Shown here: positions 1-13,600 of the stretch, piece after piece
Layout: each line of letters opens with the position of its first letter
Numbering within the stretch: position 1 is the stretch's first letter
From: Octopus sinensis
Lineage: Eukaryota
Assembly: GCF_006345805.1 (NCBI RefSeq)
Contig: NC_043002.1
Coordinates: 95,976,001-96,040,000 of the forward strand
DNA: 64,000 bases
Direction: 5' to 3'
Translations under genes and position numbers: made by a program
The notes under the pieces: model-generated
The model's input: only the letters and a program-made list of their open reading frames with translations
Database searches by the model: none
Told to the model about the DNA's origin: nothing

Positions 1-61
1 CGAACTCACAACCTCGCGATTGTAAGCTCCATGATCTAACCACTGAGCCATGCGCCTTCAC
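1..61 (-). mobile_element. 5' head of a tRNA-derived SINE (continues off the window)
   Basis: Minus strand reads gtgaaggcgcatggctcagtggttaga...gagttcg with Pol III A and B boxes. Confidence 0.65.
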
Positions 62-572
62 ATACATACATACATATCAAAATTTAGGGAACTGAGTAGA
101 TAATCCAAGTTACATATGTTTTTTAACTGGCAGAACTTCAGAAATAATAGTTACTCAACGAAGGGTATTCTGTTAGCTACTCATCAGGCCAAAGATACCT
201 TAGTCAATCAAAGGTTACATTGTTATCAAGTGATCCCACCACCCCCACACACATATATATGAATGTACATGTGTGTGTACACATGTATATCTGAATAGGT
301 GTTTACATTCTGCATCTTTGCATGAAAGTGTTCTGCTGAAAAAAAATGATGATCTTTGTTGATATTCCTGACAAACTAGTTGTCGTAGCTTTTCAAAAAC
401 TAGCGGAATAATAAAGTCCATTACTTGTTTTTAATGGGAAGGGCATCTAATTATAAAACAATGTCTCATATTTTACCAACCCATGCTAGTATAAAAAAAA
501 GATGTAAACCAAATGAACAAACACCAATGCAACTTATGATAGTATACTGTATATCTCTTCATTTTATTACAG

Positions 573-616
573 ACCTAACCCAACTTATGCATATGGTTCA
601 CCACAACTAAAAGCAG
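573..616 (+). CDS. ERO1: ERO1 exon, (x)[14 protein letters not shown](G)
   Basis: ttattacag|acct...gcag|gtatgt; phase 2 in, phase 1 out; fits the variable loop that follows the ERO1 'CFK' motif. Confidence 0.75.
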
Positions 617-1601
617 GTATGTCAAATTAAATTAATTTTCCTTCAAAAATTATTTTTTTAATGCAAAAACGTTTGAATGTAATGTTTTCCTCCATTTTAG
701 ATTTTGCATAATGAAATATTAAAATTTATATAAATTTAAGGATGTTGAATATTATTTCAATATGAAGCAAGTGAAATAGATTACATTGAGTCAATCTTTT
801 CTCATGACTTTTCATGATTTAATAGTTCTGTTTATAACCTGTGATTTGAAACACTTTGTCACAAAGTGCCTATGAAATATTTCTTCATTAGCAAGCCATA
901 ATGGTAAACTAAAAAATTCAGAATTTTATGGTAACATTAAGCAACATCAAAATAATGGCAATATTCTAAGAAACACATTTTAGCAAAGAAATAGATTTTG
1001 TTTGAAAATCTTACTGCCATACTCTAGCAACTGTTTAGACAATCTTCAACAACTGAAGCTTCCAAGTTCTTGTATTATCATATACATTACTCTCTAATGC
1101 TTGTGTATGAATGGCCTGAAGTAGAATTTACTATATTTCATACATTTGATAGAATATACTATGCAAACTCTAAGGTATTTGTTATCATTTTCAGTCAGGC
1201 TATAGGCTAACGTCTATTGGGATTGGAAGTCTCAGTTTTAGAGATCTTTATTCATCCAAACCTATCTTTGCAGTGGCTAGCTTCATTATCTAAGCGAAAT
1301 TAATTTAATTAGATGATTTTTGCTTTGAAACTATTTGATTATTAAAAATACAGTATTTGAAATATTTGAATTTTGGTAAATGTGATTGAAAGAACAGAAA
1401 TTATTACCTCCACCTTAGTGAAGGCAGAGGTATAGCTTTCAGCTGTAGTTGTTAGGTTGTCCATGGACAAGATATCTCAAGAACCATCAGATGGATTCTG
1501 ATGAAACTTGCAGAGATGTTTGGCCTCATAACTGGCACAAATTGGTCAGATTTTGAGATAAATCTGGTACCAGACTAGGATTCTGGATTATTTTTCCTTT
1601 C

Positions 1602-1634
<33 letters not shown>

Positions 1635-4600
1635 ACCTAATTTTTGAGAGCAGTCGGATTCATTTTTAGTATTCTCGTTTGTGAGAGCATTCAAGTTTAT
1701 TTCAGATATTCTCATTTTGAAAATCATCTCCAGCTAATCTTTGGGAGGATGTTGGTGTTGCCTTGGTGGAAGTTTGTGCTCTCTGAGTGCTCTTATTTGT
1801 ATTGTTTTTGTTTTGTATTTTTCTTTCCTTTGTTGGTAAAGAAACATGGCTTAGTGATTAACATGTTCAGCTCACAATCATTAGGTCACAAACTTGATTC
1901 TTTGACAAGACAGTCCATTGTGTCCTTAACTAAGGCTCTTTATTTCACAGTCCACCCAGCTGAGAATGAGTACCTGTGGCAACTTGGGAGTTAATCCCCC
2001 AATAGACAGACTGGCTTCCCATTCAGAAGAGTAATTTTGTGCCTTCAGTCATGTAAACACCTCAAAAAGCCTGATAAGCTCTTGGTTTATGAGCCTGTTA
2101 ACTTAAAGAAGTCTTTTCTGAATGCCAAGAAGTGGCATTTCTTACGAAATATATATAACCTTCTATTGACTAATATCTAGTACTCTATTGATATTTGAAT
2201 CTATTCCCATGGTTACAGAAAAATATGCTTTATGCTATTATCTTCTGTTATAACATTGTTTTTGAAAGAATTGTCTATAATTAATTACTAAAGCTGATAA
2301 ATGGAAGAATGGGTTTTTTGGTTCCTTTTTATAAATCATGTGCAAAAGAAAATGACTGAGCGATTTAAGAATTCACTTTACAACTCCGTGATTGTGGGTT
2401 CAGTCCTACCATATGACACCTTTGGCTGGTACATTCTGCTATAGCTTTGTGATGACCCTGTGGGTGAATTTGGTGGGCAGAAATTGCAAGGAAGTCCATC
2501 ACATATGTGTGTGAGCATCCTTGTGTTTATTTCTCACTGCTTGACAACCATTGTTGTCAAGAATATGTCCTTGTAAGATAGCAGTTTGGCAAAACAAAAT
2601 TGATAGAATAATTATCAGACTTTAACAATAAATACTCGTGTTGATTTTATTGACGGAACCCTTCAAGACAGTACCCCAGCCCGGCTACAGTCCAATGGCT
2701 GAAACAAGTAAAAGAGTAAAAAAGAAGCATATTTTTCAGAGGGTCTATTCTAGCTTTTGCTTATTTGGTTGTTCTTTAATCTCTGCTTTGGTTGCTTATT
2801 ATTCAGCAGTGGGAATTGTTTGTAATGTTACAACAATGATGTGGCAGCATTCTTCATATTTAACCTTTTAGCAATCAGACTACTCATTCAAATGTAATGT
2901 TTATTTATTCACATTGTTTTGAATTTATCGTACATTGTCTTGTAGCTTCGAGATTTCAATGATGTGATTGTATATTTCTAGAATGACATTGTTGGGTAGA
3001 TGTGAGAGGCTGTTTGGCCAGTTTGAACCAAAAACAGGTAGAATATTTGGACCAAATACGGCCTGTTTAAATGCTAAATGGTTAAAGAGGTACAATTCAA
3101 ACAAAATCATCACATCAGCCCATGACTCATAGAAGAAATATTTGGGAATTTTCAGTGAAAATCTATTTCCATTTTTATTTTGTTCTCTCAAGTGGTTTTT
3201 GTTCTGCTTAATTTTCTCTTTATTAATCAAGCATTTCACCTGACAAAGCATTACAGAATAGTTTTGCTTTGTTTAACTGATTGGTTATCTCACTCTAACT
3301 TTCTACTTTAAAATTGATTCTAACAGTTTCTGATCACATTTTATAATTTTTCTTGGACATGTTTTTCACTGGAGCTCATTCAAACTGGTGAGGTTTTGCT
3401 TGGTTAAGGTGAAACCAACATCTACCACATAACCAAATTCTATCACTGACAAACAGCTAAAGGTTGTTTATTTTCAGAAATGGGAACAAACATCTCTGTA
3501 CTTTGAATTCTTGATCCAGAACAAGATCTAACATCTTCCTTGTCGTTAATGTTGTGTTTTCTATTATTCACATAATACATTATCTTTCTTTTCCTTTGGT
3601 TTAATAGAATAACTCAGTTTTATATCGTTCACATGACACATCACCCTTCTTTTCATTCTGCAATAGATTAATTCACTTTTCTTTTCTTTCAGCATGCATG
3701 TTTTTATCTATTTAATGTAAAGATTCAAATCCAGTTAAAGTTTTAGTAATGTCTATTTTATTTATGAAAAGGATTTTTTTTTCTCCCATCAAGTATTAAT
3801 GTTCAATATAAAATCTAGAATGAAGGTTCAAATCTTCTTAAAGTTATATATTCTATTGTACATTGTTGTTTCTTCAACCACTAAAATATATCAAAGCACA
3901 TATCTGCAGATCATGGATGTGGAAAGAACTTCAATATGGAATAGAATATATAGTGATAACCTTCTCACTGTTTCTTATATTGAAGATTAATACAGATGAT
4001 GGGGAAAATAAAATGCTTATAATAGACACAATACAGAATACTAATACTGTAACTGGATTTCAACCTCTACCCTTAGCTTTACTTTGAACAACAAACAATT
4101 ACAGCTACCCCAGAAGGGAAAAATATGTGTTATTTTATTAAACAATGGAAAAAGAATGATGATATACCATGTAAATGATCCAAAACGCTATTAATATATT
4201 TTTTTCCTTTTAATAAACTATATTTTAAAATAGTTTTTAATGACCAGACTACGTTGTTATAATTTAACATGGATATTTTGATGGCTTTCGATTTCAATTT
4301 TTCCAAAATATAAAAAGCTATGTAAATTTAATTTAAGAGAGATAATACCTCCTACTACATATACTTACATAGAAAATATTGTTTTTATCCCACAAAGCAT
4401 AACTGTACATATATAAAGGTTTTGAGGGAATTAATAGAAAGTCTTGTCTGGAATGTGGCACAAGCAAATTCTAAAAGTCCAGTCTTCAATGATTCATCAT
4501 CATCCTCACCACTTTCACACCTGCTTTTCCCTATTTGAATATGTTGGATGGATCTTCTCCATAGCATCTCACCAGTTGTTGTTTAATATAAAATCTAAAA

Positions 4601-7600
4601 TGAAGGTTCAAATCTTCTTAAAGTTATATATTCTATTGTACATCACCTTCATGATGTTGAAGTTCAACATCCTGAGATCAGCTTTCACTGCTTCTACCTG
4701 TCTTCCTAAGTTTTCCTCTTCTACAGGTTCCCCTTTATGTAGACCACTTGGCATGTCTTTACCCAACTCTCACATGTCTGTACCAATGCAATTTTGCACC
4801 TTACATCTGATGTTTCTTATACCCAGTCTTTCTCTCAACTCATTTCTGAGTCATCATTTATAACACTTCCAGCAAAGCATGCTCGCCTCATTTCTTTCCA
4901 GTCTCCAAATATCCTCTACATACAGGGCCTGTATTTTGCTACTATACAACACCACACTTCATATGCAAGCATCACTCAACTGCCCTTCATATAAAAGAGA
5001 GAAAACCTTTTGTGCCATCTGAGGTAATTAACTCCCTAAACTTTTACTTCCTTGTTCTTACTCTGGCAACTATGGTTTTTGAGAGCCTCTTTTACTTCTA
5101 ATTAGGTTACTTAGTTAACAGGACCTCAGCTATTTTTATGGAGTTTTCTGAGCATTCAAAATAACTTCTTACAGCTAACCATTTCTCTTTATTTGCTGCA
5201 TGTGAAACCCCTTTTATCTGTCAGCCTCTTGGTGATCCTACTACACATCTTATGCTTCAATAGTTTTCATTGAGTACACCATAGTGTTCCTTTTGTACAT
5301 ATCGAGCATAGCCACTTTCCAAATAACAGCAGAGGTCTGTCTTCTTTCCTGCTGACTAAAGCTTTGGTCTTTGTTGGTTTATTTGAATACCTTTCAATGC
5401 TAGATTTTGCCTCTGCATTTGGAACTTCTCTAAATCTTCAGATTCAGTTTTGAGAACAGGTAATTGGCATACAAGAGCTCCCACAAATAGCTGGCCTTAA
5501 ACTTTTGTATCATAACACTATTAAAGCCTGGAAAAATTGTAATAATAGGATAGGGCTGAGAAGTAAACATTGCACATTAAATGTTTTGCTGAACTCATTA
5601 ACAACTCCTACATTGCTGCTGATGGCATCTCTCGACATAGCTTGCCCAGCTCTTGTATTTTTTATTAATCACCAGAGTACAGGGAATTATATTCTGTCAA
5701 AGGCCTTTTGCAGATCAACAAATACTTGGTAGTAGCCTGCTCATTTGTCTCACTGGGAAGAGAGCATCAGACCTACCCCATTCTGGCACAAATATGAGCT
5801 GCATCTTATCTAAGCTAATTCTCTTTCTGTTATTTTCCTAATTTGGTCAAACAATTTGATGCTTCTTTGAGATTTTCTTATCTTTCTAGAGCACCCCTTT
5901 TGTCCTTTTAGTTGTTGGGGATGTTATTACACCAGTCATGGAGTATGTCACTTCCTGTACCAGCTGACTGAGTATGCAAGTGACATGTGTGTCATACTTC
6001 ACCAGATATTCCCATCTCAAAGAATATCCCTGATAGTCCAATAGCTTTTTTTGCCTTCATATCTTTAATCAATCTTTCTACTATGTAACTGTCAACTTCA
6101 GTAGCTATCGGGTATACCTGAGGTGATCTCTCTTTCTCTCACACATTGCCCACATTCTGCAATCTCTCATAGTAGTATTTCCAAATCCATTTTCTCTTCA
6201 GTGAAATAAGTGCACCATTGTCATTCTATACACACTTTTCCTCAACCAGATCCTGACACACTTCTTTACAATCCAGAACACTAGAAACCACTGATTGTCA
6301 CATCACAGAAGTTTGACAAATTTCTTATTTTTTGTTTTTCTCCAAGCTACATGTGTCTGATGTCTGTGTCTGATGTCCAGCTTCTCTTAAAACTACCTGA
6401 TATTGTTTACTGCTCTCCACTTCCAACCTTCCAAAGCCTGTCTCTTAGCTTTTATGACTCTATCTGCTCTACCATTCCATGATCATGTTACTTTCCATTT
6501 GGCTGATACCTCACTTCATTCTCAGATCTGGTAGTGGCATGCTAGATTGTTGGTTGTCCTTTATGCTATAGATCTGTCTCTTACTCCTTTTTTAGCAAAT
6601 ACTTCACCTAGAATTGCTTTAGACCTACATCCAGCAGAAGGATCTTTCAGTTGCCATAACTTCCTTCAGACTGTCTTAACTTCCCTCAGAATCTCAGATT
6701 CTGTCTAATTCTTACTGTAAAGTTAATAATCACTAGTCTTTCTTAAGTGAAACATACTTCACCAGAGAGAGGCTTAATGTTCACAATCATCTTTCTATCT
6801 TGTTTCCTGGTGAGTATGAAGCTTATGTGTTTTCTTGATTCGGATGGGGTCTGGTGATTTTTCTGTTTCCTGAAGTTAGGATTGCAAATGGTTTGGTCAT
6901 TTGTATCACAGAACTCCAAGAACCTTGATTCCTTCTTATTCCTTGTGCTATATCTTAAGTCTCAATCTATGTCGATGTAGCCATCATGGCATTGTTCAAC
7001 TTATCCATTAAGGTACCAGCTGTGATAACTGGGTTGCTGTCATTCATTATCAAGATAGTTCACAAAGAGTCCGCATAGAAACTGTCAGCACAGCTAATAT
7101 AACATTAAAAATACCTAAACATATCCAGCTTCTTGTTCCTTATATTAACTAAGTGTACAAATTGAACATTTTCTGTTAAATTTGTTTTTTAAAAACCAAT
7201 GTTTGCTGAGTTTAAAAAGAAGTTACATGTCAATTATATGTGTTAGTAAAACTTTCAATAGATCCACTTAAATATTCAAAAGAATCTTTCATTTTTTTTT
7301 TTTTGGAATATTTAGAGAATCTGTTGAACAGTAATGTTGTTACATCATTTGTGCTGTGTAGTTTTTATTTTGTACATACAAAGATATTACTGGAGTCTTT
7401 CATATAAACCAACACTGCAACTGTGAAGTTGCTTTTATTTTTGCACAAACATACTGTGTTATCTTTGAATAATGCAGAACAATTATATCCTGTCTGTGAA
7501 TACTGGAAATCTTGATTTTATTTACTTAATCAAACCATTGTTATTTCTAATGTTTTCAGGCGATCAATTAGAAGGTAAAACAAAAGCAAAGTTTCTGACT

Positions 7601-10600
7601 ATTTATATATACATATATAAATATATATCTTTCCCTGGCTTATCCTATCTTTGCATGCAAAATTACGTGTATGTACAGTGACAAATTTTCTTTACTTTTT
7701 TTCTGTGTGCGTGTGTGTGTTTACCTTTTCTATTTCTTTTAATTGCAATTTCAGCATTCGGATTTGTTCATTTCCAAAATATGAGTAGTTGAAAAAATAT
7801 TTATTCCTATTAAGAAATAACTCAACTCCTTTCCCTCCATCTTCAGAAAATACTAACATTTCTCAAATTTATATTTATTTTTAATAATCATTTAAAAGCT
7901 TTAGGATTAGCTAATAGGAAATAGTAAATATTTTCTATATTCCATACATTGTAAATTTAAAGCTATAAGCAGCAAATTGTTTGAGTACTGCAGTATTCAT
8001 TTTAGGTCTCTGCACCTTGATTTCAAATTCTGCTGAGGTCAGCTTTTTGAGGTTGATAAATGAAGTATCATTTCAGTACTGGAGTCCCTTCTCTCTTTCT
8101 TGGATTATACTTGTAATTCAAATGTCCAATTCTGTCACTGACATGAGAATTGCAAAAGGGTTCATATGTCTAAGGAATATGCAGCCACTTACATGTTAGA
8201 TTCACAAATAGAAATTCAGTTGATTGAACTACTGAATGTTTATCATTGAGATCTACAGAGAACCCACCTTCAGTCACTCTCAGCTGTGGTAGTTTAGCTA
8301 TTTCTCACTACATTAATACATCTGTTAACCCGACCTTCAAAATATTTGAAATAACTCATATTTTATGTTCCCTCTATTAAATATTTTTATTCTGTCTTGT
8401 AAATTTACTTTATTTGTTCTTATACTTTCCTTGACTTGATCAATATTTCCATTATTCCTTATTCTCTCTTATTCTTTATTCTATAATCATTAGTTTTACT
8501 CTATAAATTGTCAGTCATAAAAATAAAAGATGAATGCTTTTAGTTTTCCACTTGAGGAATTCCTGATTTGAGAATTTAAATTGAGCTACTTTTCAAATAT
8601 ATTATATTACCCTATTTATTCATATTTTGATGTACTTCTTATATCTACATCACTTATGTAGACCTATAAATTAGTTCTTCCTATTTTACCCATAACTCTT
8701 TATTCTCTATGAACAAGTTTATAATTAATTCTTCCCTCTGTGTTGGTTTCCCTTCTTCTTTCTGATAGCTAATCCTGCCCTAAATTCATTTAACACCACC
8801 TAAAAGATAGCATCACACTTCTGAAAGACTATAACTCAAGTAACTCTAAAATATTTTATAAATTCTTCCTATGTGTACTTCTAAATAGAACTTTACAGAA
8901 TCTATATTCGTTGCTTTTATTTGCTGTGAAGTTGTTTTTTTAATTTTTGCACAAAGGTATCTTGTCCACTATTTTCTTTTGATAATTGTTAATATACAGC
9001 TTTTAAATTAAATTCTCTGTCACTGTGCGTACATGTACACCATGGTATGGTTTGCTTTGAAATGCATGATAAAACTTATCATCACCCAGCAAACTATTAT
9101 CAATGGCATTGCTTCTGTAGCATAACTCTTTCTATTAGTCTCACTTCCTTAAAGATCCTGTTTTAATTATATATATATATTGATATAGTCATTAGAAGTA
9201 ATAGTAGTTAATTATGTGTCACTTTTAAACTAGTTCTTCATTCAAATTTGCCTTTATTTCTTTTAAAGAATTGTCAGCTTCTCTTATTGCACTGGTTGAT
9301 TTCAACTTTGCCACAACAATAATAGTTGCAATGTTGACATATGTTATGTAGTATCAAATATTGTAAACTGCATGCTGTAAGCATCTGTAATCTCATAATA
9401 AATTTGTTGATGCTATGAACAAAAAAGTCTTATTGATCCTATTATATTTTTTAATTGTATTTTAACTGTAATTTGAAACTTTAGAAACTAGATTTTTCAG
9501 ATTCTAGACATAAAATACTCAGCAATTTGTAGATGTTTTAATTAAGACAAAATATTTGTAAAGTTGAAAAGTTGGATATCTGTTTTGAGATAACATGTTT
9601 TTCTTGAAGCTAAGTGGTTAAAATCCAATGATATGATGGTAGTAGTCATCAGTTAATAACAGTTACATGAGAAAGTTCATGAACAAGTTGGTTTAAAACT
9701 GATTTAGACATACATTAACCTAGTCAAACATCAATTAGACTAATTAAGGTAATAAGTTAGTTTCAAGCTTTGATTTTATGGATGGGAACTACCTCTAAAC
9801 AGGTATTTTCATTTGAAAAGCTACAAAATTTACAATTAATTTTCTAAATTACTATAGGATATTAGCAACTGTTCAGAATACAATAGTTTAGTATAATTTA
9901 CATTCCTGTATTTTAACTTAGAAAAGTCACTATTTCTGTAGTGTATTTCTGATACATGAGCATAACATCTTCATTTTTTTCTGATATTTAATAGCCAAAA
10001 GAGTCATTTGATGAATGAATTTGCCTGCATTCTTTTCTGTGCATTTTATTTTTTTATGGTTATGGGCTTAAACTACCCTATCTCTCTCTTTTTTTTTTTT
10101 TAAATAATTTTCCCATGTTTCAGTTGCTAAGTAAAATTGAAATACAATGTTATGCATTTCAACAAAACTACAGATTGACAAATTTTAAAACTCCATACAA
10201 TTATGCAAATTCCAAAATGACACCATATAAGTTTATGCTGCATAAATTTATATTTATCTATGCAAAGTAATTTAAGAACAGATAAGTTTTGTGTGTGTGT
10301 GAGAGAGAGATCATTATCATTTAACACCCATTGTCCATGCTGGCATGGGTTGGACAATATGTGTGTGTGTGTGTATGTAGATATAGATATATCAAAACAT
10401 AATAACGAAGAATAGAGAGTTATACCTCTTCAAAATTTATTTATTAAAAATCATTTTCTTCATATTACATTCCGACATGTTTTTGATGAATAATAGTTCA
10501 CTAATATGGACCCAGTAAATGCAATTGATAGAAAAAATATAAATAATAATGATAATATAACTAGTAATAATAATAGCTATCCAGATGGAGTGGAGCATGA

Positions 10601-13600
10601 TATAAATAAAAGTAAGAATGTAATGAACGTTTGTATTGATAACAATAGTAATAGAAATGATAATGAATTTATTGAAGCAGGTGTAAGGGAGGTAAATGAA
10701 CCCTGATCACACCTACGAAATGAATGGCCTGGGCAGTGAATCCAATGGCACACTTAGTATGGTATACTGTGCTGGTAATATTCATACAGTAATACTTGAT
10801 TCTCAAAACAAAATTTATAATACTTCTGTCAATAATAAACATAGGGTTACTGATAAAAAATGTCCTTGTAATTGTAGGAACAACTTAATGTGTCTGCTTG
10901 CAAAATGTTTTAGAAATAATTTAGTATATAAATGTACAGTAACAGTTGAAGGTATTTCAAATTATTACACAAGTTCTTTCTTTACAGACTTTAAAAAAAG
11001 AATACGTAATTATCTTTCTTCTTCCAAATACAGAAAAAAAAATTAATCATATAAATTAAATTATATAAATGTACAGTAACAGTTGAAGGTATTTCAAATT
11101 TTTATATAAATTCTTTCTCTGCAGACTTTAAAAAAGAAATATATGATTATCTTTCTCCTTTCTAAATTAGAAAAAAATTAACTGTACGTCAAGTAAGTTC
11201 ATTTGGACTTTGAATGATAAAAGCACCAAATATGACATTAAAAGGACAATTATTAGTAGTGGTTCACCCGATACTAGTGGGAATCAGAAATGTGATCTCT
11301 GCCTTGAAGAAATATTCCATAGCTTTACATCTAAATGTAGGTTATTAAACTATGGAAATGAACTAGCAATAAAATGTTAACATTCATGTAGAAAAACGTT
11401 TTAAAGATTTTTCAAATAAGTGATTTTAGTTTGAACTCACTTAGACAGAAGGGCACATAAATAAACCTAGTCATATTCACAAATTTATTTGATATAGGTT
11501 TTAACTACATAACACTAATCTCCATCTCAAACTGCTAGGCTAGCCTTTCAATTATATTGTTTGTTTGTTTGTTTTTTCTATTAAGAAAACTAATCATGTT
11601 ACTTTTATTTTATTCAATTCAATTAATATTAATTGTAATATTTTAGCATTATAATATTCTCTTATAAAGTGGCAAGCTGGTAGGATCATTAGCATACTGA
11701 GCAAAATGTTAAGCAGCATTTTGTCATCTTTACATTGCGAGTTCAAATTCCACCAAGATTGACTTTGTCTTTCATCCATTCAGGTCAATAAAATAAGTGC
11801 CAATTGAGCACTAGAGTCGATGTAATCAACTTAGACCCTCCCCAAAATTGCTGGCCTTGTGCCTAAATTTGAAACCAATATTATAATTTTCTCTTATGGA
11901 TAAGTCAAGTTACCCAACAAAAATCAATATTAACTTCTTCCTTGTTTCCATTTTTTAAATTCATCCATTTATTTTATATTATCATAAGAGATTACAGTGA
12001 TGTTAATACATCCTGACCTATTTAAGGTGCCTTCTACTACTAAGAATAACATAGTAATCTGTTTCTATACTGTCTAAAGAGGTCATTCTAAGTTTAAATA
12101 AAACCAGAACTATGGTCATATCATATTTCACTATTATCTCCATTGTCTTTTGCCCTAATCTTTTATATTCCCTTACCAAGAGTATATCTTAGGAACTTAT
12201 ACTTGATACTTGAATCTTCAGTTCACTTCAGCCACCAGTATGGGAAACACCCTGAATAAAGTTATATAGGATTGTCAGCTATTGGATTTGAACATGTATT
12301 ACACTTGCTTAATCAACTAAATGTCTAAAACTAGACATATAATACAAATGTCCAATTCTGTCACTGGCATGAGAATTGCAAAAGGGTTCATATGTCTAAG
12401 GAATATGCAGCCACTTACATGTTAGATTCACAAATAGAAATTCAGTTGATTGAACTACTGAATGTTTATCATTGAGATCCACAGAGAACCCACCTTCAGT
12501 CACTCTCAGCTGTGGTAGTTTAGCTATTTCTCACTACATTAATACATCTGTTAACACAATCTTCAAAATATTCAAAGCACATGTTGAAATGTAATATGAA
12601 GAAAATGCTTTTTAATAAATAAATTTTGAAGATGTATAATTCTACATTCTTCATTATTATGTCTTGATAATATACCCTATATTCTATATTCTATATGAAA
12701 TCGATTGAAGCGAACTCAGGATTTACCAGTTGAATGAAGTACAGTTCAATTGTTTACTCTAAATCTTTCCTATCATTCAATGGGGTTAGCTAATACTGAA
12801 TTTTATCAGAATGCTCATAAGGTATCTGCACAAACTTAAAATCCCTATTCCTTTGCATTATATAGCTATATATGTATGAATACATTATATATATGTATGT
12901 ATATATATCATCATCATCATCTATATATATTATGAGTTTGATTAGGCAAAGCAATACTAATAATGTGTTGTTAGAAGTCAATATACATATGCTTTAGAAT
13001 TAAGTGTTAGGCAAGTGCAGAGCATAATACAAATTATTAAATGACAAAGGAATTACATAGTCAGCTTCATTAACTTACAACTGTTTCTATTATAAGAAGC
13101 AGTGCACTCAGAGCTAAGTGTTTGTGCATCATCTTATAACTTTCTCAGATCCTTTAAAAAGAAGTATATATTTATTTCAAAAGGCATTTAGATACATAGA
13201 AAATATTACCTTCAAAACAATGTATGTGTGTGAGTAAGGCAATACAGTCAGAGTGAAGCCATTCTCAGAGATATGCAGACTAAGATAAACACACGTATTC
13301 ACATAGGTGCATAATGAACATGCCACATAACTGTTCATAATATATAAATTAGATGACAGGACATGTGTACAACCATTACATTCCAGACAAAGAAATAAGT
13401 CTATGGAGACTGGTAGATTAATAGATGCATGTAAAATACAATGCAAAAGGAAACTATCCAAATTCTGATGGAAAAATATATTTTCTACCTTTGATGTGAT
13501 GGCTTTACACAGATAAGGAGAGTGTATGGTTAAGTCATAAATCTGTGTATATGCGTATTATGTATAAGTGTGTGTGTGTCTGTCTGTCTAAGTATGTATA

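Noticed and set aside
3680-3725. Pyrimidine tract + AG as another ERO1 exon (also about 7754)
   Set aside because: No convincing donor or ERO1 similarity; the model is already in frame without it
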